The notes: a model not told the origin generated them from the letters alone. Shown: positions 48,147 to 58,675, numbered from the stretch's first letter. The stretch: 64,000 nucleotides of DNA from Candidatus Multivoradales bacterium (GCA_965223855.1 CBDCXM010000009.1:1984001-2048000); one strand, 5' to 3'. Numbers and translations are program-made.

Positions 48147-50381
48147 TTAGGCTGCGTCGTCCTCGGCTGACTCGGCCGACTCGGCGTAGGCCTCGTAGTA
48201 GCGGTAGCGCCGGTCGTAGTAGCGGCCTTCCCTCGGGTTGTAGCGGTTGAGCACGACGCCCAGGATCTTCACGCCCGCCATGGTGAGCTGCTCCTTGCAG
48301 GCGGTCGCCGCGTCACGCTCCACCTGATTGGCGCGCAGGCACAGGACCACACCGTCCGAGATCGAGCCCGGCAGCACGGCGTCACTCACGGCCAGCACCG
48401 GGGGGGAGTCGATCAGCACGAAGTCGAAGTTCTCCCGCGCCCAGTCCGCCAGACGCCGCATGCGCTCGGAGGCGAGGAGCTCGGACGGATTCGGCGGGTG
48501 AGGGCCGGAGGTCATGACGAAGAGCCCCGGCACCGAGCTCTTCTGGACGAGCCCGTCGCCCGATTCGCCCGCGGTGAGAGCGTGTACCAGTCCGCGAGCG
48601 TTCGAGAGCTCGAACACTCTGTGCAGCCTGGGCTTGCGCAGGTCACCGTCCACGAGCAGCACCCGTTTGCCCAGCTGGGCGAGGACCGTGGCGAGGTTGG
48701 TGGAGGTCGCCGTCTTCCCCTCGCCGGACTCGGCGGAGGTGATGGTGACGAGCCTCGGGTCGTCGGCGCTCGAGAGCAGGAGCGCCGTCCGCAGCGATCG
48801 GTAGGCCTCGGAGACGGCCAGTCTCGGCTCGGTCACCGGCAGGAGCTCGACCACTTGCGGTCGCCCGCGAGCGCCGCGATCGGCCGCGCGCGGACGGGCG
48901 ATGCCGTAGCTCCTGGTGTCCGCCTCGACGTCGGGGATGACCGCGAGCACAGGCAGGTCGAGCAGCCGCTGCACGTCCTCCGGGCTCTTGACTGTCCGGT
49001 CGAGGAAGTGAAGGCCGAGGACGAGGGCGATTCCGAGCAGCAGCCCGGAGCCGAGGCCGAGGGTGACGTTCTGTTCGAGCGACGGTCGAAACGGGGCGCC
49101 GGGGCGCAGGGCGGTGTCGATGACGTGGACGTTGGAGCGGGTGTCGTCGTCGGTCTCGACCCCTGCCGTCAGCTCCGCCTCGGACTGCCGTTCGACGAGT
49201 TCCGCCAGGCGCTGACGCTTCGCCGCCACCTCCATCTGCAGGTTGGCGAGCGGCAGCGACTCGACGTTGAGGGTGAGGTTGTCCTGCTGGAGTTGCTCGC
49301 GCTCCTCGTCGATACCCTCCACGAGACGCAGCGCCGCCTGCCACTCGTTGTAGGCGGCCTGCCGCGCCGCTCGCGCCTCGGCTGCGATCGCCTCTTCGTA
49401 GCGGCGACGGGTGTCGTCCATCTGCTTCTGCAGCTCTCTCATCGAGGGGTGGTCGGGCTTGTAGGTGTCGAGGCCGGTCTGGTAGTCGCGCTCGTAGGCG
49501 AGCAGGTCGGACTCGAGCCGGGTGACCGAGCTGCGGCCGGAGTTGGCCGCGATTACCGCGTCGGGCGTCCCGACGAGATCGCGGTAGCGCTGCTGGCGGG
49601 CGAGAGCGTTCGACATCGCGGTCGTCGCCTGTTCGTTCATTCGCAGCAACGCCTGGCCGGCACTGTCGAGCGTCGTGTCGGCGCCGACATCGCCGCGCTG
49701 GCCCATCTCCTGGATGCGGCGTTCGAGCGTCTCGACCTCGGTTCGCAACGCGTCGATCTGGTTGTTGAGGACCTTGTTCGCCTGGTTGAGAGTCTCGCGT
49801 CGTTTGTCGATGCCGAAGTCGATGAACGCCTGAGCGAAGCCGTTGGTGATGCGCTGAACGAGTGCCGCATCGGTGCCGACGTATCTCAGGTCGAGAAGCT
49901 CGGTCCCTTCCACCGGATCTACGGTCAGGCCGCCGAGGAGCCGGTTGGCGAGCGCCGCGCGGTAGAGCTCGTCGTCCTCGGCGGAGTACCCCTCGCCGTC
50001 CGCCGTCGCTCGGCCGCCCACGAACTTCGGATCGGTGGCCAGGCCGAGATCGTCGATCACCCTCTCGGCGAGGCCGCGACTGCGCAGCAGCCGGTACTGG
50101 GTGGGGAAGTACTTCATGTTGGTCCACTGGTCGAGCCAGGGATTGCGGTCTTTCGAAACCGACACGACGGTGCGGGGCTCGATCTGCAGCCTCGTCGACG
50201 CCTGGTAGAGCTTCGGCGACACGGCGTAGCGGGCGACTCCGATCCCGAGTCCCACGACCATGGCGCCGACGATCCACGGCCACTTCGCCAGCAGCAGTCG
50301 GGCGTAGAACGCCGGGTCGAAACCGGGAGTCCCGGAGGGGCGAGCGGGCGCTTCGGTCAGGATCGGCTCGTCGAATCTCAC
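48147..50381 (-). CDS. wzc: Polysaccharide co-polymerase / BY-kinase
   Basis: Wzz-like N-terminus, coiled coils, YKPDHP, Walker A SAESGEGKT, DGDLRKP, IDSPP, C-terminal Tyr cluster RYYDRRYRYYEAY. Confidence 0.93.
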   Translation of the reverse strand: MRFDEPILTEAPARPSGTPGFDPAFYARLLLAKWPWIVGAMVVGLGIGVARYAVSPKLYQASTRLQIEPRTVVSVSKDRNPWLDQWTNMKYFPTQYRLLRSRGLAERVIDDLGLATDPKFVGGRATADGEGYSAEDDELYRAALANRLLGGLTVDPVEGTELLDLRYVGTDAALVQRITNGFAQAFIDFGIDKRRETLNQANKVLNNQIDALRTEVETLERRIQEMGQRGDVGADTTLDSAGQALLRMNEQATTAMSNALARQQRYRDLVGTPDAVIAANSGRSSVTRLESDLLAYERDYQTGLDTYKPDHPSMRELQKQMDDTRRRYEEAIAAEARAARQAAYNEWQAALRLVEGIDEEREQLQQDNLTLNVESLPLANLQMEVAAKRQRLAELVERQSEAELTAGVETDDDTRSNVHVIDTALRPGAPFRPSLEQNVTLGLGSGLLLGIALVLGLHFLDRTVKSPEDVQRLLDLPVLAVIPDVEADTRSYGIARPRAADRGARGRPQVVELLPVTEPRLAVSEAYRSLRTALLLSSADDPRLVTITSAESGEGKTATSTNLATVLAQLGKRVLLVDGDLRKPRLHRVFELSNARGLVHALTAGESGDGLVQKSSVPGLFVMTSGPHPPNPSELLASERMRRLADWARENFDFVLIDSPPVLAVSDAVLPGSISDGVVLCLRANQVERDAATACKEQLTMAGVKILGVVLNRYNPREGRYYDRRYRYYEAYAESAESAEDDAA

Positions 50382-51259
50382 AGGAACGACTCCTTCACGA
50401 CCACCAGGTCGCCATCGACGAGAGGGATGTCCAGGTCGTCGCCGGCGAGGATGCGCCGGAAGTTGGCGGCGATCTCGTCGCGGCTGCCGTCCCCCCGCTC
50501 GCGGCGGATGGTGATGCGCGGCGAAGCGCGGTCGGTCAGCCCCCCGGCCTTCGCGATCGCCGTCAGTAGTGTGGCGCCGCCGCCACGGGCGCTCAGGGTG
50601 AGCGGGCCCTGGGTGGCGACTTCGCCCAGGAAGTAGACGGTGATGTCAGCGGCGATCGGAGCGACGATCACGTCGCCGGCCCTGACGATCAGATTCTCGG
50701 CGGAGGTCGAGCCGCCCGCGATCCGGTCCGTCGGGATCGTGAGGCTCTCGGAGAGCCTGCCGTCGATGGAGGTGCGGGTGATCTCGATCCGCCCGTCGTG
50801 TTGTTCGGTGAGCCCTCCCGCCGCGGTGAGTGCGTCGAACAGGGTCCATCGGGAGGTCAGGAAGTGCGTGCCCGGCTCCACGACCGCGCCGAGCACCCGG
50901 ATCGGCTGAGAACGGTACTGCGTGACCGAAACCGTGACCGTGGCGCGTTGCAGATAGCTCTCCTCGAGCACCCTGCGGACGGTCTGGGCCACCTCATCGA
51001 CGGTGCCGCCGGCGACCTCGATCGGGCCGGCCAGCGGCAGCGAGACCGTGCCGTCGTTGCTGATCGTCCAGCTGCCCTCGATCGAGTCGTCCTCGTAGAC
51101 CTCGATCGCCAGCTCGTCGCCCGGCCCGACGCGGTAGGAGGAGTCCCCCGTCGCGGCGAATGCGGCAAGCGGAAGCAGCGCCAGGAAGGCAGCCGCCGGC
51201 AGCCGTCGGCACGCGGCGATGCAGTGCGCAAGGGTCGATCGGCACACAACTTCCATCAC
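50378..51259 (-). CDS. wza: Polysaccharide export protein (Poly_export plus SLBB domains)
   Basis: YRVGPGD, DGTVSLPLAG, GAVVEPG, AGGLT, GDLVVV. Confidence 0.88.
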   Translation of the reverse strand: MMEVVCRSTLAHCIAACRRLPAAAFLALLPLAAFAATGDSSYRVGPGDELAIEVYEDDSIEGSWTISNDGTVSLPLAGPIEVAGGTVDEVAQTVRRVLEESYLQRATVTVSVTQYRSQPIRVLGAVVEPGTHFLTSRWTLFDALTAAGGLTEQHDGRIEITRTSIDGRLSESLTIPTDRIAGGSTSAENLIVRAGDVIVAPIAADITVYFLGEVATQGPLTLSARGGGATLLTAIAKAGGLTDRASPRITIRRERGDGSRDEIAANFRRILAGDDLDIPLVDGDLVVVKESFL

Positions 51260-51343
51260 GACAGGCTACCACGCCGCCCCTGTAGGGAAGGGGTCACACG
51301 GCCCCACCCACAGCGGCGCGCGGAGGGCGCTGGAAGAGAGCGA

Positions 51344-52669
51344 TCAGAAGGGAAATTCGGGGAGGTCGACGCGCACCGTCGATCGGAGCACGGTGAGGGT
51401 GCGGTCGAACGGGTCGAGGTTGGAGTCGATGTCGATCTCGCTGATTCCCAGCAGCAGTTCGAGGCGGTTGCGCAGCGGGATCTGCACGGTGAACCCGACG
51501 GTCGTGACCTCGTCGGACCGACCTTCGTTCGGGCCCCCGGTACCGACGTAGTCGTCACTCCCGTCCTCGAGGAAGGCGCGGATCTCGATGTCTCGAACCC
51601 CCCGTGTGCCTCCCGTGCCTGCCGTGCCTCCCCTCCTTCCCCAACCGGCCGAGAGACCGGTCACCTCGCTCGTGAAGTAACTCGCTGCATCGAGGGCGGA
51701 GTAGACGACGGAGCGCGAGCGGTAGAGCGCCGTGCTGGTGCGTGTGCCGAAGCGGACGGTGCCGCGCGCCAGCCCTCCCTCCTCCTCACGAGTCCCGAGA
51801 TCGGGATTGTCGAACTCGAGCTCGCGGCGATTGATCGCGAGGTCGAGCTGCAGGCGGTTGCCGTTCAACCTCACCTCCACGAACGGGGAATCGCTGCGAT
51901 TCGAGCGGCCGGTGGTGTCGTCGTCGAACCGGGTGTCGATCGTCCGCCATCCGACATCGACTCTCAACTTGTCGTCAGGCTCGTAGCCGACGCCGAAGGC
52001 GGCCTCGTCCTCGCTGCGGGCGAGCGCGAGTACCGGCGCCAGCATGCCCTCGAGCGTCTCGGGCTGCGAGAACGTCGTCTCCTCGGTGGCGAGCGAGGCG
52101 AACAGTTGCCACGGGCCGCGGACGTCGAAGCGGGCGTCGGCGCCGAGGCGGTCGGTCTGGATCGTCGTCCGGAAGCGGAACTCGTTGTTGACCGGCCGAT
52201 CCGACTCGACGCGGCGCGCCACGAGTTGGGTGGTGGCGCGGTTGAAGAGGCCGAAGAGGGCGGCTCCGTAGGAGAGGTTGAAGCGCCGCAGGTCTTCGTT
52301 CTTCTGCCACCAGGTGTAAGTCGGATGCGCGAAGGCCGAGAGGATGCCGTCGCTACCGAGGGGCAGATAGAGGTCGAGGCCGGCGCGAGCGGTCGCCGTG
52401 AAGTCGGAGACCCGCTCGCCGGGCGCGTCGTCGCCCTCGTCGAAGACGTTGTCGATGTAGCGCAGGTCGCCGAGTCCGAGCCGGGGCTGGAGGCGGAAGC
52501 GGCCGGCGCGCCACGGCGCCTCGTCGAGCTGCTCGCGAACCCGGTCCGCGGCGGCGATCGGTCCCTCGGCGAGCGAGCCGGGGTCGGCGTACTGCGCCTG
52601 CGCGAAGGCGGCGACGGGGAGCAGGAGGATCGGCGCAGCAGCGCGGGCGATCGTGCGGAGTGAATGCAT
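51344..52669 (-). CDS. Outer-membrane beta-barrel associated with EPS export
   Basis: Signal peptide, YIDNV motif, alternating beta strands and a terminal Phe. First gene of the wza-wzc operon. Confidence 0.75.
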   Translation of the reverse strand: MHSLRTIARAAAPILLLPVAAFAQAQYADPGSLAEGPIAAADRVREQLDEAPWRAGRFRLQPRLGLGDLRYIDNVFDEGDDAPGERVSDFTATARAGLDLYLPLGSDGILSAFAHPTYTWWQKNEDLRRFNLSYGAALFGLFNRATTQLVARRVESDRPVNNEFRFRTTIQTDRLGADARFDVRGPWQLFASLATEETTFSQPETLEGMLAPVLALARSEDEAAFGVGYEPDDKLRVDVGWRTIDTRFDDDTTGRSNRSDSPFVEVRLNGNRLQLDLAINRRELEFDNPDLGTREEEGGLARGTVRFGTRTSTALYRSRSVVYSALDAASYFTSEVTGLSAGWGRRGGTAGTGGTRGVRDIEIRAFLEDGSDDYVGTGGPNEGRSDEVTTVGFTVQIPLRNRLELLLGISEIDIDSNLDPFDRTLTVLRSTVRVDLPEFPF

Positions 52670-52766
52670 CGGGCCTCGGGGGTCGGAGTGGGGTAGGTTT
52701 CGACGCGCGCGGATCATACTGTCTGGCACTCCGGAAACGGCACCACGAAAACGCGGCACTCCATCG

Positions 52767-54128
52767 ATGAGGTACCTGAGAACGTTATTGCTCTTCGCCA
52801 TCGTCGTCGGCGCGCCGGTGCCGTTCGGCAGTGTGACGCCGGCGGGTGTTCTCTGGCTCGTCGGCTCCATCGCCGTCGCCCTGGCTCTCTTTCTGGTCTC
52901 GCCGCGATCGCGTTACTCGCTGGCGAAGGTCACGACGCCTCTCCTCTCGCTTCTCGGCCTCGCCGCACTGGGTATCGTTCAGTCTCTGCCCTGGTGGGGC
53001 GGAGAAGCGCTCTCCGCCGCGCCGCACCAGTCGCTGGAGGCAGCAGCCGGGTGGGCCATCGTGGCCGTCGTTCTGGCGATCGGGGCGATGGCGTCCGACG
53101 ACCGCCTCCAGGTCGCGGCACTCCTTCTGGCGGCGGTGGTGGCGGCCGGGTTTCAGGCTCTTTACGGCTGGCGGCGGCTGGTCGTCGGGCTCGGAGAGAT
53201 TCTGGGACGCGAGGTGCCGGGAACGGTGGGGAGGTTGCGCGGGACATTCGTCAACTCCGATCACCTCGCGGTGCTGTTCGAGATCACCCTGGCGGTCGCG
53301 CTGGCCTGGGGGTGGTGGGCGTGGCGGCGCAGCCGAACAGAGCCCCGTCTCGAGCGGCGCCTGTTGCTGAACGGGCCACCGCTCCTCGTGTGGGTCGGCC
53401 TCGTGGTCGCCCTCGTCGCCACGGGATCGCGGGCGGGTCTGCTCGCCTTCTGTGTGGCATTCGTGGTGCAGATCGGCCTGCTGGCAGGGCGGCGTCGCTG
53501 GTGGTGGGCGGCGGCAGCGCTGGCCGGTCTCGTAGCCCTGGCGGCTACGGTCCTCACTGCCGGCTTCGCCGGCGGCGTCGGCCGGCAGATGGAGACCTCG
53601 CTCTACCTGGTTCGCAACAGCCCACGGTTCGAGGTCTGGAGACCCGCCTGGGAGCTCTTCCTCGAGCGGCCTCTGGCCGGCAGCGGGCTGGGGACGTTCG
53701 GAGAGGTGTTCCCCCGCGTCCAGCCGGCGTCGCTCGTCGGCGCCCGTTGGGACCAGGCTCACAACGATCCGCTCGAGCTGCTGGTGACCGGAGGGCTCGT
53801 GGCCGTGCTGTTGCTCGGCTGGGGGCTCTTCTGGCTGCTGCGCACCGCATGGCGCACCTTCCACGGTCGGGGGAGGAGCTGGCAGCGGGCGGCGGCGCTG
53901 GCATGGCTCGCCGCCGTCCCGGCGGTGGCGGTCCATGAGCTCTTCGACTTCGGGTTGACGATCCCGTCGAATGCGGTCTGGATGGCGTTGCTGGCGGGGG
54001 TGAGCGTCGCGGGTGTCAGCGGGTCAACCCGGGCTGCACTTCGCCGGGCGGCAGCTCGACCGCCGGAATCTCGATCGACTGAAGCTCGACGTTCGCTCTC
54101 GCCAGAGTCGACGAACGATCGCTCCTGA
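52767..54128 (+). CDS. O-antigen ligase family protein
   Basis: PFGSV, GTFVNSDHLA, TGSRAG, GSGLGTF, AHNDPLE, HELFDFGL.IPSN. Confidence 0.85.
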   Translation: MRYLRTLLLFAIVVGAPVPFGSVTPAGVLWLVGSIAVALALFLVSPRSRYSLAKVTTPLLSLLGLAALGIVQSLPWWGGEALSAAPHQSLEAAAGWAIVAVVLAIGAMASDDRLQVAALLLAAVVAAGFQALYGWRRLVVGLGEILGREVPGTVGRLRGTFVNSDHLAVLFEITLAVALAWGWWAWRRSRTEPRLERRLLLNGPPLLVWVGLVVALVATGSRAGLLAFCVAFVVQIGLLAGRRRWWWAAAALAGLVALAATVLTAGFAGGVGRQMETSLYLVRNSPRFEVWRPAWELFLERPLAGSGLGTFGEVFPRVQPASLVGARWDQAHNDPLELLVTGGLVAVLLLGWGLFWLLRTAWRTFHGRGRSWQRAAALAWLAAVPAVAVHELFDFGLTIPSNAVWMALLAGVSVAGVSGSTRAALRRAAARPPESRSTEARRSLSPESTNDRS

Positions 54129-55776
54129 GTTCGAGTGAGTAGGGGCGAACGTCGATCGGCATCTCTACGAAGATCTCGCGTCCGGGCGTAGTCGGGTAGG
54201 TGCCGATCCATCGACCGTCCACATGAAGGGTGGTGACCCCGAGCGGAGGTCCGGTCGGGACGAGAGTCAACAGGAGGCCGTCGGCGGTGGCGGCGGGAGC
54301 CGCTGTGAGTCGCATGGAGCGCCCATGTCGCTTCCATGCTTCCGGCTGCCAGGAACGTGCCGCCCAGGTGGCCTGCCAGGCCGTTCGAGTCCCGTCGTCC
54401 CGGCCCGACGGCTCCTTGAGAGCCTGCTCGCGGACGTAGTGATAGCGGATGCCGCGCATCGCTTGCGGCACGCCTTCGAGGGCCGTCAGAGCGGCCTCGC
54501 TGGGACCGGCGGCTCGTGCGAGAGCGAGCCTTGCCAGCGCATCGAGCTCGCTGCTTTGCGATATCGCCACGCTCCGGCCCTCGACTTCCACAGCCTCGCT
54601 AGGCTTCGCAAGGATCGACTCAGCTCGCTCGAAGTCGCCACTCGTGACCGCCCCCCAGGCTGTGAGGGCCGGGAGCAGGCGGGGAGCTAGGCCGGCCAGT
54701 CGCGCCACTGTTTCGCTGCTCAACCCCGGGTCACCGCTGTCGACAAAGCGGCGTAGCGACCATTCAAGCCACGAGGCCATCCAGGCGCCGTCCCGGTCAT
54801 TGACCTCACCAGGAGGGAGGCGCTGCGCCACTTCGTCGAGGAAGGGCGCGCGTCCAGCTTCCACTTCCGCGGCGACTCCCACCTCGCGCAGTCGCTGGGC
54901 GGCGTTTCCCGGGTCACCGCCAGCGAGTCTCCGGCGCGCCTCCTCGAGACGCTCTTCGATCAACAGGCGCAGAGCCTCTCTCTGGCGCCCCGCAGCCATC
55001 GCGACCCGCTCCCAATCGCCGATTCGCGCGAAGTAGTTGCGCAGCAAACGCCACTGACCCGGCCGGTTCGGGATGATCGACAACGCCGTCTCCAGGGACG
55101 GCGCCACCCGCAGCCAGCTCGAAGCGAAGAGGTCGAACGAGCCGGCGTCCTCGAAGGCCAGCTCGAGGATGCGAACGGCCTCTTCCCTCTGCTGCCGATC
55201 GAGAACCGACCAGTTGCCGAGGTAGGTGGCCGCCAGCCAGCGCAGCGGTTCCGGCTGTGTCGGTGCGAGATCGTGGGCGCGCTGCAGCAGCTCCTGCCAG
55301 GTCTCGGCCGCGCCGAGCCGCGGGTCCCGGCGCCGGGTGAAGCGAAGATAGTTGCTCGCTCCGACCACCATGTGCGCCTCCCACGAGCCGGGCCGTCGAG
55401 CGAGCACGGCGGCCCCGAGGTCGTGGGCGACGTCGAGTCGTTCGAGGCCCCGCTCTCTTTCGCGGCGGCGCTCCTGCTCCTCGAGTTCCGCCACCCAGCG
55501 GCGATCGAGCTCGTCGGCGAGCAGCGCACGAGCCAGGAGGAGGGCGCCGGCGTCACGATCGGCGGTCCGAGCGAGGTCAGCGAGCAGTCCAGGTCGTCGG
55601 TCGGGCACCCCTGCCGCCTGTGCGAGCCCGGTCAGGCGCTCGAGCTCGGCGCGCCAGCGGGCGTGGTGGGCGAAGGTGAAGACAGTGGAGGCGGCCGCCG
55701 CGACCGCCAGCAGCGTCGCGAGCAGGGTCGGCAGCCGGCTGCCGACCGCGGCCGGATCGGAACTTGGCGGCTTCAT
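54016..55776 (-). CDS. Membrane-anchored helical/TPR-like hypothetical protein
   Basis: 586-aa ORF with an N-terminal TM helix, helical repeats and a beta-rich C-terminus. Confidence 0.65.
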   Translation of the reverse strand: MKPPSSDPAAVGSRLPTLLATLLAVAAAASTVFTFAHHARWRAELERLTGLAQAAGVPDRRPGLLADLARTADRDAGALLLARALLADELDRRWVAELEEQERRRERERGLERLDVAHDLGAAVLARRPGSWEAHMVVGASNYLRFTRRRDPRLGAAETWQELLQRAHDLAPTQPEPLRWLAATYLGNWSVLDRQQREEAVRILELAFEDAGSFDLFASSWLRVAPSLETALSIIPNRPGQWRLLRNYFARIGDWERVAMAAGRQREALRLLIEERLEEARRRLAGGDPGNAAQRLREVGVAAEVEAGRAPFLDEVAQRLPPGEVNDRDGAWMASWLEWSLRRFVDSGDPGLSSETVARLAGLAPRLLPALTAWGAVTSGDFERAESILAKPSEAVEVEGRSVAISQSSELDALARLALARAAGPSEAALTALEGVPQAMRGIRYHYVREQALKEPSGRDDGTRTAWQATWAARSWQPEAWKRHGRSMRLTAAPAATADGLLLTLVPTGPPLGVTTLHVDGRWIGTYPTTPGREIFVEMPIDVRPYSLELRSDRSSTLARANVELQSIEIPAVELPPGEVQPGLTR

Positions 55777-55842
55777 GGCGCGCGGCTATCTTATGGGCCG
55801 CCGACCGGCGAAGCGATCGCCGTGCCGCCGCACTCTCTTCCC

Positions 55843-56199
55843 ATGCTGCGTCTACTTCCCGCCATCGCCTGGGCTCTCTTGGTCGCAGTCTTCCTTCTCA
55901 CCCCGCCGAGCGGGCTGGAAACCCCGGACTGGCTCGAGCCGTGGGTCGAGGCCGATCTCGACAAGCCGGTCCATTTCGCTCTCTTCCTGATCCTCGGTCT
56001 GGCGGTCGCCTGGTCGGGGAGAGTGCCGGCCCTCGCGAACTTCCTCGGGGTGGTCGCCTACAGCGCTCTGCTCGAGGGGGTGCAACCGTGGGTAGGGCGA
56101 TCGACCGAGGTGGGCGATCTGGTGGCCAATGTGCTGGGTGCGATGGTCGCCTGGCTTCTCGCGCGTCGCTTGGGCCGCCCGTCTCACACAGCCTCCTGA
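55843..56199 (+). CDS. VanZ family protein
   Basis: DKPVHFALF, EGVQPWVGR..GDLVANVLG. Confidence 0.88.
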   Translation: MLRLLPAIAWALLVAVFLLTPPSGLETPDWLEPWVEADLDKPVHFALFLILGLAVAWSGRVPALANFLGVVAYSALLEGVQPWVGRSTEVGDLVANVLGAMVAWLLARRLGRPSHTAS

Positions 56200-56337
56200 G
56201 AGCTCATCGACAGATACCTTGCCGTTGCGACGGCTCCGGTCGGAGCGAAGGGAGCGCCTCGTCCGCCCAGCAGTGCTGATCTATACTCCGCAGCCTCTCG
56301 CGGCAGCTCGACAGTGCCCTGCAGGAGAGATCGATCG

Positions 56338-57291
56338 ATGAAAGTCAGCGAACATCTCGCACGCGCCGAGCGGCCGCTCCTGAGCTTCGAGATCATCCCG
56401 CCGCTTCGTGGGGGCAACCTCGCCAGCCTGCTCGAGCTGATCGAAGATCTGGCACGCTTCGACCCGCCGTTCATCGACATCACCAGCCACGCCGCTCAGG
56501 TGAGCTACGAGGAGACCGGAGACGGCAACCTCGAGCGACGGGTCAAGCGCAAGCGGCCCGGCACGCTCGGCCTGTGTGCCCTGGTGCAGAACAAGTACCA
56601 GATCGATGCGGTGCCCCACGTCCTGTGCAGCGGGTTCAGCCGCGAGGAGACCGAGGACTTCCTCATCGAGCTCAAGTACCTCGGGATCTCGAACGTCCTC
56701 GCCATCCGCGGCGACGAGGGGGCGTACGAGAAGCCGCTGACGTTCGGTCGCAGCGCCAACAAGTACGCGGTCGATCTGGTGGAGCAGGTCGCGGCGATGA
56801 ACGACGGCCGCTACCTGCAGGAGGACCTGCTCGACGCCGAAGCGTCCGACTTCTGCATCGGCGTGGCCGGCTACCCGGAGAAGCACTTCGAGGCGCCGAA
56901 CCTGGTTTCCGACCTGCGGCACACGAAGGCGAAAGTGGAGGCGGGCGCCGACTACGTGGTGACCCAGATGTTCTTCGACAATCGTCACTACTTCGCCTAC
57001 GTCGACGCCTGCCGGGAGCATGGAATCGACGTGCCGATCGTGCCCGGCATCAAGATCCTGACCAGCCGCAGCCATCTCCAGTCGTTGCCGCGCACCTTCC
57101 ACTGCGAGATTCCGGCCGAGCTCGCCGACGAGGTCGGTGCCTCGCCGGCGTCGCGAGCGCGCGACATCGGAGTCGAGTGGGCGACCCGCCAGGCTCAGGA
57201 GCTCATCGATCGCGGCGCGCCGTCGATCCACTTCTACGTGATGGCGAATTCGCGGGCGGTGGCGCGGGTCGTCGAGCAGCTCAAGTTCTGA
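56338..57291 (+). CDS. metF: 5,10-methylenetetrahydrofolate reductase
   Basis: SFEIIPP, VPHVLC, LAIRGD, VAGYPEKH, GADYVVTQMFFD, IHFY. Confidence 0.94.
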   Translation: MKVSEHLARAERPLLSFEIIPPLRGGNLASLLELIEDLARFDPPFIDITSHAAQVSYEETGDGNLERRVKRKRPGTLGLCALVQNKYQIDAVPHVLCSGFSREETEDFLIELKYLGISNVLAIRGDEGAYEKPLTFGRSANKYAVDLVEQVAAMNDGRYLQEDLLDAEASDFCIGVAGYPEKHFEAPNLVSDLRHTKAKVEAGADYVVTQMFFDNRHYFAYVDACREHGIDVPIVPGIKILTSRSHLQSLPRTFHCEIPAELADEVGASPASRARDIGVEWATRQAQELIDRGAPSIHFYVMANSRAVARVVEQLKF

Positions 57292-58675
57292 CGCCGGACT
57301 CCGTCGGCGGTCCGCCCTGGAATCGCCTCAGGTAGGGCCCCTCGACCATGTCGGGGACGGCGCGACGCCGGCACCGCGTGCAAACCACCTCCACGGGATC
57401 TCCCGCCAGGAGCGGCCCGGTCCGAAGCTTGCTGACTCCGCGCACCTCGCAGTCGGAACAGAAGAATGGCATGAGGAGGGATTCGACGCTGAAGCCGGCG
57501 AAGAAGTCCGAGTCGATGTTGAACAGGAGAACCAGCAGGGGTGGGCACTCGGCGATGACGACCGATCTGCCGTCGTCGCGAAGCTGTTCGAGCCAGTCGC
57601 GCCAGAGGCTGTACCCCCGACTGTTGATGTGCGTGACTCCGGAGAGTCGTAGCTCCAGCGAATCTTCGTCCTGGCTGAACAGGAGGTCCTCGAACCGGCT
57701 CTGTTCATTGATCGTGCCGGCGAGTTCGACCACGACACGCGAAGCCCGGTGACTCACCCAGGTCGCCAGTGCCCGCTGCGCCGCAGGGTAGGGCCGGTCC
57801 TCTCTCCTGCGGACGGGCCGAGCCATCAGCTTGCGCAGCTCGACGAGCCTCAGCCGCATCTCGCCGGCCGAGGCGATCCGATGCGCCAGATTGCGGTCGA
57901 GTGCGTCGGCGGCCAGGCGGTCGGCTTCGGCCGGGATTGCCAGATGAGGAGCCAGCTCCCCCGGAAGTCGTGGCTGAGTGCCTTCTATGGCCGCGAGGAG
58001 CGACGGGAGGTCCTGATCCTCATGGGGAAGCCGCCCGCTGACCATCAGCACGAAGAGCACCCCGAGGGCGTAGACGTCGGATCGCGGTGTCGGCCCCGGT
58101 CCATCCGTTCGGAGGAGTTCGGGGGCTACATAGGCCGGCGTGCCGGCGAGTGAAGCGGCGCCGGCCGTCTTCGGCATCGCGAGCGCCAGCCCGAAGTCGA
58201 GCACCTTGACCATGTTCGTGCGGGCACCGTCACGACAGAGGAAGACGTTCTCCGGTTTGAGGTCGCGGTGGACGATGCCGTGCGCGTGCGCCGCTTCCAG
58301 AGCGAAGGCGACTTCGATCAGGATGGACGCCGCCTCGTCGACCGGAAGCGGCCCCGATCGGGCGAGTCTCTGCGCCAGGGTCTCGCCGTCGAGCAGCTCC
58401 ATGGCGAGGTAGGCGCCGTTCTCGATCCGGCCGAAGTCGAGAACCTGGACGATGTTGCGATGACCGATCAGCGAAACCGTCCTGGCCTCGCGCTCGAGGC
58501 GATCGATCGGCTCGCCCCGGAGGCCGTCCCGGCTCACGAGCTTGATCGCCATCCGGCGACCGACCCTCAAGTGCTCGGCGTCGTACACCGCACTCGACCC
58601 GCTCGCGTCGAGTCGGCGGTCCAACCTGTAGCGCCCCTCCAGGATCGTCCCGACCCAGGCATCAGAATCCGACAG
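57281..58675 (-). CDS. Hanks-type Ser/Thr kinase with a C-terminal STAS-like/Zn-ribbon domain
   Basis: AIK, HRDLKPEN, DFG, GTPAYVAPE, SDVYALG; C-terminal INSRG..W, CSDC and CTRC. The start is uncertain (CTG 9 nt after GGAGG). Confidence 0.85.
   Translation of the reverse strand: MSDSDAWVGTILEGRYRLDRRLDASGSSAVYDAEHLRVGRRMAIKLVSRDGLRGEPIDRLEREARTVSLIGHRNIVQVLDFGRIENGAYLAMELLDGETLAQRLARSGPLPVDEAASILIEVAFALEAAHAHGIVHRDLKPENVFLCRDGARTNMVKVLDFGLALAMPKTAGAASLAGTPAYVAPELLRTDGPGPTPRSDVYALGVLFVLMVSGRLPHEDQDLPSLLAAIEGTQPRLPGELAPHLAIPAEADRLAADALDRNLAHRIASAGEMRLRLVELRKLMARPVRRREDRPYPAAQRALATWVSHRASRVVVELAGTINEQSRFEDLLFSQDEDSLELRLSGVTHINSRGYSLWRDWLEQLRDDGRSVVIAECPPLLVLLFNIDSDFFAGFSVESLLMPFFCSDCEVRGVSKLRTGPLLAGDPVEVVCTRCRRRAVPDMVEGPYLRRFQGGPPTESGVRT

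Noticed and set aside
51598-51640. Short CCGTGCCT tandem repeats
   Set aside because: They encode a Gly/Thr loop in the barrel protein and are coding low complexity.
20963-52669. Numerous long plus-strand ORFs opposite the polysaccharide operon
   Set aside because: They are antisense shadows with no motifs, and the minus-strand genes have clear family signatures and coupled start/stop codons.
56200-56337. SAH or SAM riboswitch upstream of metF
   Set aside because: There are only two small hairpins without consensus motifs, and TATACT at 56282-56287 implies a short leader.
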